In this document: in pieces, positions 39,051 to 52,724 of the stretch
Numbering within the stretch: the stretch's first letter is position 1
Layout of the letters: each line of letters begins with the position of its first letter
Assembly: GCA_951406725.2 (NCBI GenBank)
Contig: OX597815.1
Location: 210,924,001-210,988,000 of the forward strand
DNA from: Octopus vulgaris
Lineage: Eukaryota
Length of the DNA: 64,000 nucleotides
Direction: 5' to 3'
The notes under the pieces: model-generated
Told to the model about the DNA's origin: nothing
Database searches by the model: none
The model's input: the letters and a program-made list of their open reading frames with translations, nothing else
Made by a program: the position numbers and the translations under genes

Positions 39051-40014
39051 CACATGTGTGTGGTGTGAATGAGTGTATGTATACGTCATAACAAACATTG
39101 ATATTGTAATGTCTGTTCAGAGACAATTGTAAAATTGTAGTTTTTATGCTGAAAGCAAAAAGCTTTTTCCAACAAAGAAAGTTTATTAAAACAACACAAA
39201 AATCTGGCGGTGAAGAATTCTGTTGTAGTCAGTATAAACAATGGCTACATACAAGTTAATGATCGTAGACATAAAACTATATTTTATATCCAGGAATTAA
39301 TTATCAACATAAACAGCAATAAACTGTTGCATAAATCGGCACCGTACTGCAAATTAAAAGCCGTATGGCAAATACGGTTTAGCTTCCTAGGAATATAATT
39401 GCTTATACAAATAATGATCGTGATAGTAAAATGACATAGATTAGAAAAAGCGTCGATGAATTTTAATGAATTGTTACATATATCGTACACAATATGTTAT
39501 TTCATATAAACCTATGTGCAAAGCATATGTAAATCAATAACACTGTGTGATGCTAAATAATAATGATAATTAGAATGTGAAATTCGTAGAAATGCCGTAA
39601 TTGGAGAGAAATAGATTAAGTATCAACTATAAAAGTTACGTGCATTAATTCACATGAAAATTGTGCACAATCAAACCAGAAAATTGACTGGATGTAGAAA
39701 GCGTTGTTCAATGTATGGGGGGATGGGTGACAACATGAAAATTGAATTTCTTTGGATAATGGAATAATTTTATTTTCTGACATATACCCAGAGTAGAGGT
39801 AAATTGAAGATATGGTAAATGTAGCTAGAGCAGTCTTTTGAACGGTTCAATATTTCTGTATCTGGAGCCGTGCCTGATGTTTATAACATATACGTGTCTC
39901 AAATATATGTATCATTAGAGCAACAAGTTAATATATATACATACACAAAAATAGAGAGATAGATAGATAGATAGATAGATATACATACATATACATACAT
40001 ACATATATATATAT

Positions 40015-40101
<87 letters not shown>

Positions 40102-40434
40102 TTTATATATATATACATGGACAAATTATGCATATGACACCACTACACATATCACACACCTCATCCCCACAGGAACACGACACTTAATAACGGACCCTTT
40201 CCCCACAGACACTTGAAGATAACTCTTACCGGCCTTACAGAGTACCCAACCAAGCAACATAACTCCTAACCTAATCCCCTGGACCTTTTTCGCTTCACTA
40301 CCTTTTTCACAGCAGCCGCAAACCGGATGTGTTGATCCAACTCCGGCAATGGAGAGCAATCGCCATATTCCCTTCCATATCTGCTAATTCTGATGAGCGT
40401 AAGGTTATATAATCGGATTGTTATTTAACACTCC

Positions 40435-40480
<46 letters not shown>

Positions 40481-40674
40481 TTATGCATATGTGAGTGTAT
40501 ATATACTGTGAGAGGTAAATCGAGATCAACTGTGGTTATCTCCATTTTAAAAAGAAAGATGATTTTACTTAAGCCGAAGTATTGTGTTTCAGTCTTTACC
40601 ATTTTACAAGAAAAAGAAATATCGAAAAGATATTTTATTTTTCTAGATATTAAATATAAATCTCCAATATTTTA

Positions 40675-40915
40675 TCTCTTACTTGGTTTCACTTATTGAA
40701 CAGCAGATATTCCAAGGCACCACCTTGAAGATTTTTAGTCGAACGAATCGGCCCCACTAATTATTTTTTAAAACCTGGTCTCAATGTACTGATCTCTTAA
40801 GCCATAACGCTAGGTTGCAGAGCCTTAAACAAACCAGCACCAGTTGTCGAGCGATGGTAAGGGGACAAACGCATGCACAAATACTCACACATACATAGAT
40901 ATATGTGTGTATGTG

Positions 40916-40952
<37 letters not shown>

Positions 40953-41065
40953 GTGTGTGTGTGTGTGTGTTTTCAGTTTCCGTCTACCAAACCCACTCAC
41001 AAGTTGTGGTCGGCTCAGAATTATAGCTATTTGTCCGCGGTGCCACACAGTGGGACAGAACAGGC
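40675..41065 (-). mobile_element. Degenerate SINE family A
   Basis: TTTCAGTTTCCGTCTACCAAA...CACTCACAAG and the flanking 3'-half motifs align to family A. Confidence 0.75.
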
Positions 41066-42801
41066 GACTATGTGTTCGGAAGCATTCTATTCACTAATAA
41101 TGCCAACTGTTTTAAATGCACAATCTTTAGTCGATAAAAATATTCGGACAATATTATCTTCGGCTTTCGAGCAATTTAAACATTGACATCCACAATGTTT
41201 CGATACAATTTTTCTTTGGTTGTCAGCAGATCCTGCTTTCCTGAAAAATGTAGGTACCACATAGCTGAATTCGTATTAGGAAGCACAATTTTCATACAAA
41301 TGGTAATGCAGCTTTCATCCACCAGGCCACCGATGAATGTTTATGCTGAAAGAGAAATATGATTATTAATTTGTACTGTAAATTTGAAAGCATAAGGAAC
41401 TTAAAATCATTTAATGTTCATATTTGATTTACCATATTCCATTAGAATCTTCAACGCTTCTTTTTTTTTCCTTACTGAACTGTAAGTAAAACAAAAACTG
41501 ACAATAAAGTTTGGGGTTGCTTTTTTTTCTGAGAAACGCCTAAGCTTTCTTTCAAATTTGACAAGTCATCTATTTAATAAACCTAAAAATTTAAACGCTT
41601 TCGACTTTTTATAGATCACTTCATATTCTATAAGTATATTTGCAAAATATAATGGTGGAGTTACCATTAAAAAAAAAGGATAAATGAACTACGATTTTAA
41701 AAGCTGGCGTTAAGTATATAAGAAAATATCACATGCATAAATTTCTGTAGTTTCTATTTCATCTTTTCATGTGTAGCATAATACTGATGTTTTGATGTTG
41801 TGTAAATTTTGACACCTAAAGCTTGAATCGGGATTTTCGAAGTTAAAAACCCTCATAATCGAAAAATGCTCTTCAAAATATATTATAATAATAATTATCT
41901 TCTAACTATAATGGGTTTTATTTTTATGTGTACATACGAATTTTTACATGATCTAATGAATATAGAAACTTATAGAAGTTCCACTATCCTGTATTGGTAA
42001 TGAGAATATCCTCTTTATTATGTGTTTTTATTTGGCTTTGTTGCTTTAAGTTAATGTCCTCATATTTCAATGTATCAAAGCTATTTTCTAGGAAGCGAAT
42101 GTGTTTTTAAATGTTAATATTTTCAATTAAATCGTGGAAGAAGTATCTCCCTCATTTAAAACGCTCAAAATCAGCTGCAGTCAGATTTTGTTTATTTCTT
42201 CCAGTGTCAAAATTGCCATCGAACACCTGCAACCTGGTTCCAGACAAAATTCCATTGGAACTGGCGCAAGTTTTTTTTTATTCTTTTTATAGAACTCTGA
42301 GGTTTTATGCGAACGAGTGTAATGTATTTTATTTATTCTCTATTTTGCATTTTTCCATCACAGTTTAATTTTTTGCATCCTTGATTATTTCTTATTGAAA
42401 CTTTCCACACACGGTTCCATTTACATAATTGCTTAAACTCCTGATATAGCCCTCTTTTCGTTATGTTTAAGGTAGTTTCTGTACGTTTGTGTTTCCGCCA
42501 CGTTTTCTTCCTTCTTTCGTCATGGGGATCCGTTTTAATACATGGAGATGCGGTCTACTATATTAATACAAAATATGTTTGAAATATTTTACAGTAAATA
42601 TCTATCTACCTATAGAAGGACAAAAGTTATAAAGATTCAAATAAATTAGAAATAACAAAATATATCAACACAGATACAATCACGCACACACATCACATGT
42701 ATTAAACCTCATGCATTTATATGCATAAGCATGTACATGTATATGCATTTATATGCGCCCCATAAGCATACATGAATATATTTGCGTGCTTGCATTTATA
42801 C

Positions 42802-42849
<48 letters not shown>

Positions 42850-43975
42850 TAGGGTTATGACTTTTTGCAACCTAGTAATCCTATACTGTAATTCGATGAA
42901 TAATTCATAAGTTAAGAAATTAACATTTATTTAGTTTTATTGTGAAAAGATGTCACCTCCAATATAAGAAATCACCACTTTTGACCCAAATCATGCACCT
43001 GCTCAAGTTTTACTAAACTTAGAGTGCTGACTCAATGCAATGCAGAAATAGCATATCTGAAATTTCAGCTTTCTAGTTGAAGTAGTTTCGGAGTTATGGA
43101 TATTTTAAACTATAACCACTAGATGGCACTAGATTTACGCTTCAGTATTTCCGCAGCCTAAATCCTCCTAAATGCGAGAGAGATGTGGAATAAAAGTGTA
43201 TTTATACATTCAGAAGATTACTGAATTGAAATTGCTTTATGCAAAGGTTCAAAACTAGGCTATTTTGTGACAGAAGCCACTACTAGCATTCGATAATATA
43301 CAAAATTAAAAACAATACATATTTTTTACTTTATAGGTTTAATTCCAGTTTTAAATAACTATATAAGAAAAAGGGTGCTGATTGTTAGCGAATTTTTAAA
43401 CATAACAAAGAGTAAATATTTTTGTTAGATAAAATAAATCGAAGCTGAAGTTTCTCCTTTTTACAAACATCATAAAGATGTTGGAGGCCCTTGATTACCC
43501 GTTCTGAACTCTGATTTGTTCTGGGAATTTCCAGTTTTGATGCTTCTCGACTCCAAAAGTTTTTTACAGAGTTCAATGCTTTTTATGAACTTGCAGGCTA
43601 ACACATCACTTCTGATAATCATGTGCATTAAACATTTTATCTGTAAACTGTAAACGAAAACTCTGCCCAACTGTAAGAGATGAATCGACAAACATTGAGA
43701 AGCAAAACTCTTTTCTCTGGTAGAAGAATAAATGCCAAAATAGCTAGTGTTGCCCCAGAATTTCATGCTGCATTACTTAAGTTGGATATTTTTTGAAACT
43801 TTACAGTAAGAAATTTTCCGGTTTCTTCAAAGAAACGAAAAACTCTGGTCAAATGAAATAGAAATTTCATATTATCTCGCCATCCTGCTGATTCCGTAAC
43901 CTTTTCTTCACCATTGTTGAAATTAGCCTGAAGTTTCTCGTAACTACTTAGAAGCACTGGGGTGATATCTTGATG
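42850..43975 (-). mobile_element. Decayed DNA transposon: transposase C-terminus plus terminal region (superfamily not assigned)
   Basis: Minus strand reads NLSNAA*NSGATLAILAFILLPE...IPRTNQSSERVIK...LQLRFILSN, resembling the ARW...N-x-x-x-ER-x-x-K region of some DDE-type transposases. It ends at ACCCTAG next to (TA)n. Confidence 0.55.
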
Positions 43976-44369
43976 GATAACATTTTATGTTATTGTATTA
44001 TTTGGATTATGTGCTGTTATGTAAGCGAGAGTATTTAGTGTATTGGAATTGTTATTGGATCTTCGTAATTCTTAATATTCATTGCTTCTCCAAGTTCCAT
44101 CTTCTTATTAATTAACATTGGTGAGTATTATCTATTAAGTAATATTTGTTCTAGCTTTTTAAGTCTTTTATTTTTTATTTCCCCTCCACTCACATGTGAA
44201 GTCATCTACATGTACAGACTTGTAGAAACATGCATATGTACACCAACATAGCACTGAATTACGGAACATCGCTTATTTCAAAATGTTGCAATTATTCTTT
44301 CATAGCACTGTGTGTTCGTAGACAAATTAAAGTGAGTTACAAATTGGGTTCGCTTTCCCACAATAATTA

Positions 44370-44702
44370 TTGGGTCATCCCATAAATAATGCGATTTTTT
44401 CAGTTGCATGAACTAAAAGTCGGGGGGAGACGGGATAAATTACCTGTATCAATTTGCTATAAAAGTAGGTAGTAATTTTACCATGTCCTTATTCTTAAAG
44501 CAAATTTTGAAGAGTGCAGTTCGATTGTAAGTTATTTTCTTCAAAGCTATAATTGAAGTGACAAAGAAGCATATTCAGCACATTTTGTTTTATGAGTTCA
44601 ATAAAGGCAACGATGCAACGGACGGTGCAAGGAATTTTAATGCAGTATATGAGGATCGGACAATAAGCGTAAGCCGATGTCAACGGTGGTTCCAGAAATT
44701 GC
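44370..44702 (+). mobile_element. 5' end of a mariner (Mos1-like) transposon: TIR plus N-terminal HTH
   Basis: TA followed by TTGGGTCATCCCATAAATAATGCG, then EVTKKHIQHILFYEFNKGNDATDGARNFNAVYEDRTISVSRCQRWFQK. Confidence 0.88.
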
Positions 44703-46442
44703 TTGTTGGGGGAAACAGTAAGCACGATAGAATGAACTTCTTCGGTGTTCTTTTATTTTCCGAAAATAACATATGTCTGAGAAAATAGTCTGGAGGCAAT
44801 ACTGAATGCAATCTATGTAATAGTTATTACTAAATATTTCACACAGCTCGTTTTTTCGACGATTAAAATAGGATTCTACATCTAATCCATAATGACAAAA
44901 CATTTTTTCCACCACATCTGATTGAAGGATATCCTGGCTTTACCTAGTTTTCTTGGCCTTTATTTACCTATTGATACCATTTTCATATCTCCAATTATAC
45001 TAGCAATCCAGTCAACAAAAGAACATTATTTGAATGATATTCATTTCGAAGTTCAAGGCATCATTCTATAAATGCTTACAGTGTTTCCTAATGGGGAATA
45101 AATTTATTTATTCCATAAAATTATTCTGTCGTTTTATTCATGTGTTTTAGTGTGTTTCTATTGTATTCTAACTCCCAAAACAGACATTATTGTATTTTGG
45201 ACTATTTATATTCATCCATTTAATCTATTTCAATTACTTCTCTTTAATGCAGCCATTTTACTTGCCTCTGCAGTTTCAGTAATATGAGCCCATCACGTTT
45301 CTATGCATACAAATACAATTCATCAATTCCAGCTTTAATTCTCACTATTATATAAGGATTTTATTTCACATTTCTTCAAGTAACAGAGTGAAAACTTTGA
45401 AGCTCCATTTTCAATATTCGATAGCAGCATATGGTCTCCCATGGAGTATCTGTCATAGAGCAAAAGAAAAATGTCAATATTCATTTTTTTATCCCTTGCT
45501 GATGGAATGAAAGAAATAGTAGAACCATATATAATTTACAGATGATTTTATATTATGGTTTCAAATCCCACCAACATACGATTTTGCCTTTCCTTTATTC
45601 AATGCCATTACAATAAGTGCCAGTTATGTAATAATATCAATTCAACTACTTTGTTAAGGATATGGCTATATGTTATGTGTGAAACCAATATTACTTTGAG
45701 TGTCATGGTATGTTGACTCTGAAACGGTGAGACCTGTCATAACGAAATAATTGACAGTTTAGAAAGAATATGGAGTTGAAACAAAGACTTTGAAAGACTT
45801 AAAATAAAGTAGGAACACTCAGGTAAATTTTCATTACTAAAACTTTGAAGAAACTCAGTACTACTATTTTAATGCATTAATTTCGCACTTACTTCGTAAC
45901 TTGCATTATAAATATTGAGTGAACATATTTCTAAATTTTTAGAGTATTTATTTAAAGGTGGAATTAATCATGTGCTCAAGACAAAGTTGTTAAGTAAGAG
46001 AATGAAAAATATTTTATCTGATAGTAAAAGATATTTAGGTATGATTAATATGTTATGTTTTTCTCGTTTTTCTATTCAAGATAATATTACATTAGATAAA
46101 TGTTGACAATTTATGTCAGAATCCACTTGTCCAGCTGCTTTTGAACATTATTTTAAATTAATTTCTGTTTTGTGTTTGCAAATGACAACAGGTAATATTA
46201 TGATATTGTAAGATTCACAAACATGTCCACCAAGCTAGTTTACTTTATAAGATAAAGCTACATAGTAATGCTCAGTAGCGCAAAAGTATGTGTACATAAA
46301 TATGTATATATATACATGAATATATACAGATATGAATATATATATGTGTGTGTATAGACAAATGTATGTATGTATAAAAAGCTAACATTGTTGTTACTGG
46401 ACAAAACACAACGTATTTAGTGTGTATGTGTGTGCGTGTATG

Positions 46443-46473
<31 letters not shown>

Positions 46474-46825
46474 CATATAGTGATATGAGTACAAATGTGT
46501 CGTTCCAATTTCAATAAAAATTATATTAAAATTCCAAACAAAAGCATCAATTATTATTCAAATATAACCAGAGCATCTTCCAATGTTGTTCTTTTACAAT
46601 AAAATATCAAACTTAAAAAGCAGTGATGAGCTTCACAATTCACGTACAAAGTCACTACAGCATACGTCTTGATGAAACTTGAATAAACAATTAGTCTTGC
46701 TGACTTTATATGTTATTAGTATGGAGATCGCTGAATATAGTTTGAACACAGCATTTCGTACTGGATTAAGAATATAAAGTATTTTCAGTTCATGTACTAT
46801 AGATAGATAGATATGTGTGTGTATG

Positions 46826-46899
<74 letters not shown>

Positions 46900-47379
46900 C
46901 ACATATGAATGTGTGTATTTTAACACATATAGAGAGAGAGATAGTTATGTAGATATGTGTGTACGGCACATGCATATGATTTGCATACATAATCCGCACA
47001 CATATATACGGTCACCACAATTAAGTGTACTCACACACACACATACACACACATACGCACGCATTCGCAGCAGATTTACACAAAGCCTTACTCATTCGCA
47101 ATTTACGCACAGTTACTTCCTTTGTTGCTTCACTCGTGTGGAACCTCATCCTTTCTTTGTCAATTCCGGTCATACACCATCTATTATTTTCTACTCGAGA
47201 TAAAACTAACATATTTTTCTGTTACTCCTCATTTTTCCTTCTTTCCTCAACTTTTCTCTTTTTTCTAGAAATTTAACTTTCTGATGAAAAGAGAAGAAGA
47301 CTATCAAATAATATCAAAGAATATCGAAACGTGAAAGATGTTTCTACATTTTTCTCACGCATACGCCAAGCTTGCAATT

Positions 47380-47674
47380 CAGAGGAAGCAAGACGTATTG
47401 AAGACCTTCGACAGCTCATTATTGATATATTTAATAACCTTGATCCCGACTTATGTACCAAAGTTTGTCATAATACGCGTTCACGCTGTCGAGAATGCTT
47501 TGAAGCTAATGGCTTACAATTAGAAATCTGTTCATAACTGTAGTAAATGAAATTGGTTGCCTATATTGTTACAATATCTTCTGATGGATTACATATATTT
47601 TCTGAAAAGCCTTTTAATCTAACCATGATATTTTTTTATCATAAATAACTGTATAGTAACTTTACGGGCACCCT
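47380..47674 (+). mobile_element. 3' end of a Tc1/mariner-superfamily transposon
   Basis: IEDLRQLIIDIFNNLDPDLCTKVCHNTRSRCRECFEANGLQLE is a typical transposase C-terminus; ends in TIR-like GTAACTTTACGGGCACCCTA plus TA. Confidence 0.78.
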
Positions 47675-47697
47675 ATATATACATACACACACATATC

Positions 47698-47772
<75 letters not shown>

Positions 47773-47926
47773 CACAATGTGTAAAAACCAGTCGTTTTTT
47801 CTCCAATCTTTCTTTCCCTCTCTTCCTTCTTTATGGACGACAAACGTCATACCTTCCTGCTTCCATATTTCCTGAACATTTAGGTAATTGTCCCACTATT
47901 GTTGTTTTTTGTTTTCCGTTTGGATT

Positions 47927-47984
<58 letters not shown>

Positions 47985-47987
47985 AAA

Positions 47988-48167
47988 ATACAAACTGGGA
48001 CAAGAACGCAAAACATTTAGGAGACGATACAAAAAACACGGACGGGGCATTCGAAGACTTCAATCTTCAGTCAAGAACCAGATCATCTTCGCAATTTCTG
48101 CTGATTAATCTTGAGATTGCTCCAATCTGGCCAACCTCAAAGAAAAACTAAGCTAAGCACATTAGAT

Positions 48168-48168
<1 letters not shown>
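47988..48168 (-). repeat. Short dispersed element in (TA)n (family H2); inverted relative of 61410-61592
   Basis: AATCTAATG..CTTAGCTTAGTTTTTC...GGCCAGATTGGAGCAATCTC...GATGTTTTGCG.TCTTGTCCC is shared between the two copies; (TA)n on both sides. Confidence 0.85.
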
Positions 48169-48207
<39 letters not shown>

Positions 48208-49027
48208 CATATATAAATACATGCACACACATACCCATACATACAAACACACATGCACACATACATATATATACATAATAAACACAGCATCAGGTCTTTG
48301 TGAGCTTTTCTACGAGTGCTGTTGGTATATGGTATCCAGTACAACCTGCTGCATGTACGGTCTGTTGGCGAATAAACCGACACTTCCACTACACTTACCT
48401 AGTGATGAGGGTTGCTAGAAACACAGCAGGACTAAAAATAACCCCTGTCAATAGGACGCATAAACCTAGTGTAGGTTCAATGACCATCTTGCAATAGCTA
48501 GAAATTAAGGGTTGGTGACCGGCGTGCTGGAAGACTGCTGGGAGTGACCATATCTCTATGAGCTCACTATAATTTAAAACCATATATGCAAGGAATGGCA
48601 TTTTGGGAAATGAACATTTTGGGGATGTTTTTGCTTCCGCTTGAGATCATGGCACCCCCACGTTCCTGAAACTACGGCCTATATTGCCACCGGATATCTT
48701 GCTCTGGTTTCTCTTTGCATCATGTTAGTAGGGTGGAGAGTGTCTGTGAGGTATTTTGAAAGCCTTATTGGATCTGAAATATCAGTTGTGCAACCGTCGA
48801 GGAGGCGTCTTTCAGATGCCCTTTTGAGTAAGTGGGCGCCGCGCCGAGTATTGAAGCGACGAGCACGCACCCGGGTGAATGCGACTGCGGGTGCAATAAC
48901 CTCCTGCACGGGCACTGCTAGCATTTTCAATGAGCAATGGTCAGTGATGGTGTTCCTCGGTCGCGACTGGAGACAGTACTCCGTATATAGTACAACTGTT
49001 ATTTTGAGCTAAGGAGCAATAAAAATT

Positions 49028-49609
49028 CTTTTGTAGAAGATAAACATTTCAATTGTCAGAACTTTACATCCGAAAACGAAAACGTGCTTATAGTGATTTA
49101 TAAGACTTGGATGGGATATATGTTTATATTAAAAATTCAAATAATAAGAAATAATAAAAAATAATAATAAAATATGATAGAAATAATAAGATATAAAATG
49201 TAAAGGACGTAATATATACGAACATAAAAAACATGTATGCCAATGTAGATACATGTATTCGAAGGAGAATAAACAGAGTTCAGTAATACGTGATATCATG
49301 AAGGTAAAAGTCGGTTAAAAACCATGTAAAGTAAAAATCAGTTTTTAACCTTCATGATATCTCGTATTACTGAACTCTGTTTTCCCTCGAATACATGTAT
49401 CTACACTGGCATACATGGTTTTCATGTTCTTATATCTTACCTGACTTACATTTTATATCTTATTATTTTTATCATATTCTAAAATTATGTTTTGTTATTT
49501 GAATTTTTAATATAAACATGTATCCCATCCAAGTCTTATAAATCACTGTAAGCACGATTTCGTTTACGGATGTAAAGTACTGACGACTGAAATTTCTATC
49601 TTCTAAAAA
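49028..49609. repeat. Long imperfect inverted repeat (fold-back), ~270 bp arms and ~40 bp spacer
   Basis: 49028-49305 is the reverse complement of 49348-49609 (e.g. GACTTGGATGGGATA/TATCCCATCCAAGTC and CAGAGTTCAGTAATACG/CGTATTACTGAACTCTG). Confidence 0.93.
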
Positions 49610-49661
49610 TATATATATATATGTATATGTATCCAGATGTATATACATATATATATACATG

Positions 49662-49732
<71 letters not shown>

Positions 49733-49945
49733 TATATATATCCAGATTTATATACATATATACATAGATAGATTTATATGCATATATATACATATATATA
49801 TATATACATATATATATACACATATATATATACATATATACATACATATATATATCTGTATATATATATATATATATATATCCAGATTTATTTACATATA
49901 TATATAGATTTATATACATATATATATATATACATCATATATACA

Positions 49946-49993
<48 letters not shown>

Positions 49994-50019
49994 AAATAAC
50001 AGAAGGATAATGGCTTATA

Positions 50020-50080
50020 TTCGCTACGGCTGTTTCAAACAAGTCTTTTATTGATAAATAGGGTTTTTACATCATGCGGA
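50020..50080 (-). ncRNA. Degenerate hammerhead-like motif
   Basis: CGC-ATGATGT-AAAAAC...GTTT-GAAA-CAGCCGT-A-GCG: hammerhead topology retained but two core mutations. Confidence 0.45.
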
Positions 50081-50434
50081 AAAAATTGTTTCCATCGGGT
50101 GAATATACACGAAAGGAAGTCTATCACGTGCAGTACAATTGGTGGAATGTGTGTTCCTAAGTACAGCTTTCAGATTTATAATACACTCAGTTGTGCATAG
50201 TTAATTAGATGTACAACTGGAATATTAATCTGCCAGTATTTTGGTATGTATGTATGTATGTATATGTTCCTCTCATTTTGTTGTGTACACGATTTCCTTT
50301 TTTCTAACCGACCTGGTGCATTACACTTAAGTAACTGAATCACTTCAATCCTGATTTTTTTCTATAATTACACACGCATACACACACATATATAAATATG
50401 AATATAAATATAAATAAATAAATATATATATATC

Positions 50435-50935
50435 TGCTGTCTTTCTGGGTAATGGACGACATTCTTTTTGCTCCGCTCGTCGTTCATAAAAAATAACGCG
50501 TTCGCAAAACTTTTTTCGTTCGGCGTTAACAGCCCTTCTTATCTTGTTTTTCCTTGTCCTGTCTTTTACTGTTTATAATTTATACTGTCGTTACTGTCCT
50601 GTTTTTGTTACCATTTTTTACCCCTCTGCGAAAAGAGCTCAGAATTTTAATTGATTTGCTTTTCGCAGGAAGGAAAGTTTCTTGTCGAAGATACGTCTCG
50701 CTTTTATCCTTCGAAACGTAGAGTAGATGAAACCATAGCGACTGAAGAAGGGGTTTTTTCTTTGTGTTAATTGTCCTGTACACTATTTTTTGTTGTTTTT
50801 AAAAAAATATCCAGTTTCTTTGGTTTGTGTCTATGTTTTCGTTTCTCATTGTGTTCGACGTCCTTTTGGTGTCCTGTACTCATATATGCGTGTACATGTA
50901 CATGTAGAAGTAGGTACGTACATATATGTTTATAT
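50435..50935 (+). repeat. Dispersed element (family H3); its right part recurs inverted at 60690-60870
   Basis: TTGGTTTGTGTCTATGTTTT...TTCGACGTC.TTTTGGTGTCCTGTAC...TAGGTACGTACATATATG is shared. Includes the hammerhead-like TTGTCGA-AGAT...ATCCTTC-GAAA-CGT-A-GAG at 50678-50725. Confidence 0.75.
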
Positions 50936-50960
50936 ATATGCATTTGTTTTATTTTATTTA

Positions 50961-50996
<36 letters not shown>

Positions 50997-50998
<2 letters not shown>

Positions 50999-51113
50999 CC
51001 TGCTCGCTTAGCCAGCGAGGTGGCGTCATTCGAAGGCTAAAACAATGCGAACGCATTGTGACCATCGATGTGCAACAACTTCTGATGGTCTGGTCGGTCA
51101 CGTGATCACGTGA
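50997..51113 (+). repeat. Short repeat fragment in (TA)n; related sequence inverted at 28090-28152
   Basis: CATTCGAA.GCTAAAA..ATGC.AA..GCATTGT.ACCA.CGATGT..AACAAC is shared between the two sites. Confidence 0.65.
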
Positions 51114-51130
51114 TATATATATATATATAT

Positions 51131-51300
51131 AGTTCAAGTTTACAGAAAACAAAAGCCGAAGACAGGTGTAAGAACAACAAGCAGGTGTATTAGTTTAACA
51201 CTCGCGAAAAATTTTTAAGGAGTCTTTTACGTTTCGAGCCTACGCTCTTCGACAGAAAAGATTTAGAGGAAAAAATTCGAGAGAATGAAAAAAAAAACGA
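51131..51300 (-). mobile_element. HHR-bearing element family H1 (copy 2) in (TA)n
   Basis: CTTTT-CTGTCGA-a-GAGC-gtag-GCTC-GAAA-CGT-A-AAAG at 51222-51260; the body matches 6040-6225. Confidence 0.85.
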
Positions 51301-51372
51301 GAAAGAAAAATATATATATATATATAATGCGTGTGGGTATATGTGTATGCGTATATATATACATATATATAT

Positions 51373-51525
51373 TCTTTTATTGCTTTTATTGTTTTACTTG
51401 TTTCAGTCATTTGACTGCACCCATGCTAGAGCACCGCCTGTAGTCTAAAAAATCACCCTTAGTATTTATTCTTTGCAAGCCTAATACTTATCCTATCGGT
51501 CTATATATATGCATATATATACATA

Positions 51526-51584
<59 letters not shown>

Positions 51585-51871
51585 CAGAAGTTTGAAAACG
51601 CCTCTATATAAGATAGATTTTAATTTTCTTAGAAATTTTACATGTTTCGGTTCTTCTTGAAAAAACGAACCTTATCAAGAATATTTAAAAAAGTTAAGTG
51701 TAATAAAAATGTTCATAATTGTTTCTTACTGGTCTCAACAGAATCCACGTGGTGGTTTTTTGTGGGGAGTAAGTATAATAGCTGTCTTATGTGTTCGAAT
51801 AAAATTAAAGAAATGACCAGTGGCTGAAATGGCAGTAGCAGCAGTGACTGTTGGTTGTAGTAGTAGTAACC

Positions 51872-51927
<56 letters not shown>

Positions 51928-52088
51928 GTCAGGCTTCTTTCAGTTTACGTCTACCGAATCCACTCCCAAGGTTTTGGTCGGCCCGAAGCTATAGTAAAAG
52001 ATACCTGCCCAAGGTGCCATGCATTGGAACTGAACCCGGAACCATGTAGTTTGGAAGCAAGCTTCTTACCACACACCCACTCCTGCGC
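51373..52088 (-). mobile_element. SINE family A pieces (3' end 51373-51503; 5' half 51928-52088)
   Basis: Both segments align to family A in the same orientation. Whether they belong to one interrupted copy is uncertain. Confidence 0.7.
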
Positions 52089-52693
52089 CTATATAATGTA
52101 CATATATTACTTCACACATTTCGGTAAGTTTTTAATGAATTAGTAAATCTAGTTAGAGATCTTTTTCAACTGTTCATAACGATACATAAACGAAAATCTT
52201 TGAAAGAAATTTCATGTTAGAGTAGCAGTAATTTAACGAACAATTACTATCGAGTTTTTCTCTTTTTACTTCAGGAATTATTTGTCTATTTTCATGATCA
52301 AAACGATTTTAATATATATTATACATTTTCACGTAAAGATTCGAAAAACAAATGTACAAGATGCAAGTAACTCATTTTTGAGTCCTTAGGAGATTCTGAT
52401 GAAATTAATGCCATCATAAGTGAGATTAAATGGCATTTACTGATAGAATATTTGAATATTATCAACACTTTTGTTAGCTGAAAATTCATTTCATCCAAAA
52501 TCGGAACTGGTTCCTCTTTGTAGAAAAAAAACATCAGTTTTATTAATACTAATATTGATTCATCAATAAAAAGCAAATTAAACTGTTTGCTTTTTTGTAA
52601 ATATTTCCATTAACGTGAGTTGGTGTACCTTGAGTTTGTGTGTCTGTCTGTCTGTTTGTCTGGTGTATGTATGTATGTATGTATGTATGTATG

Positions 52694-52724
<31 letters not shown>

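Noticed and set aside
40388-40430. CTGATGAGCG hammerhead-like start
   Set aside because: No matching stem II strand or GAAA-stem III follows; at best a truncated remnant.
49575-49602. CTGACGA-ct-GAAATTTC within the fold-back arm
   Set aside because: There is no stem II, and the motif is not conserved in the opposite arm.
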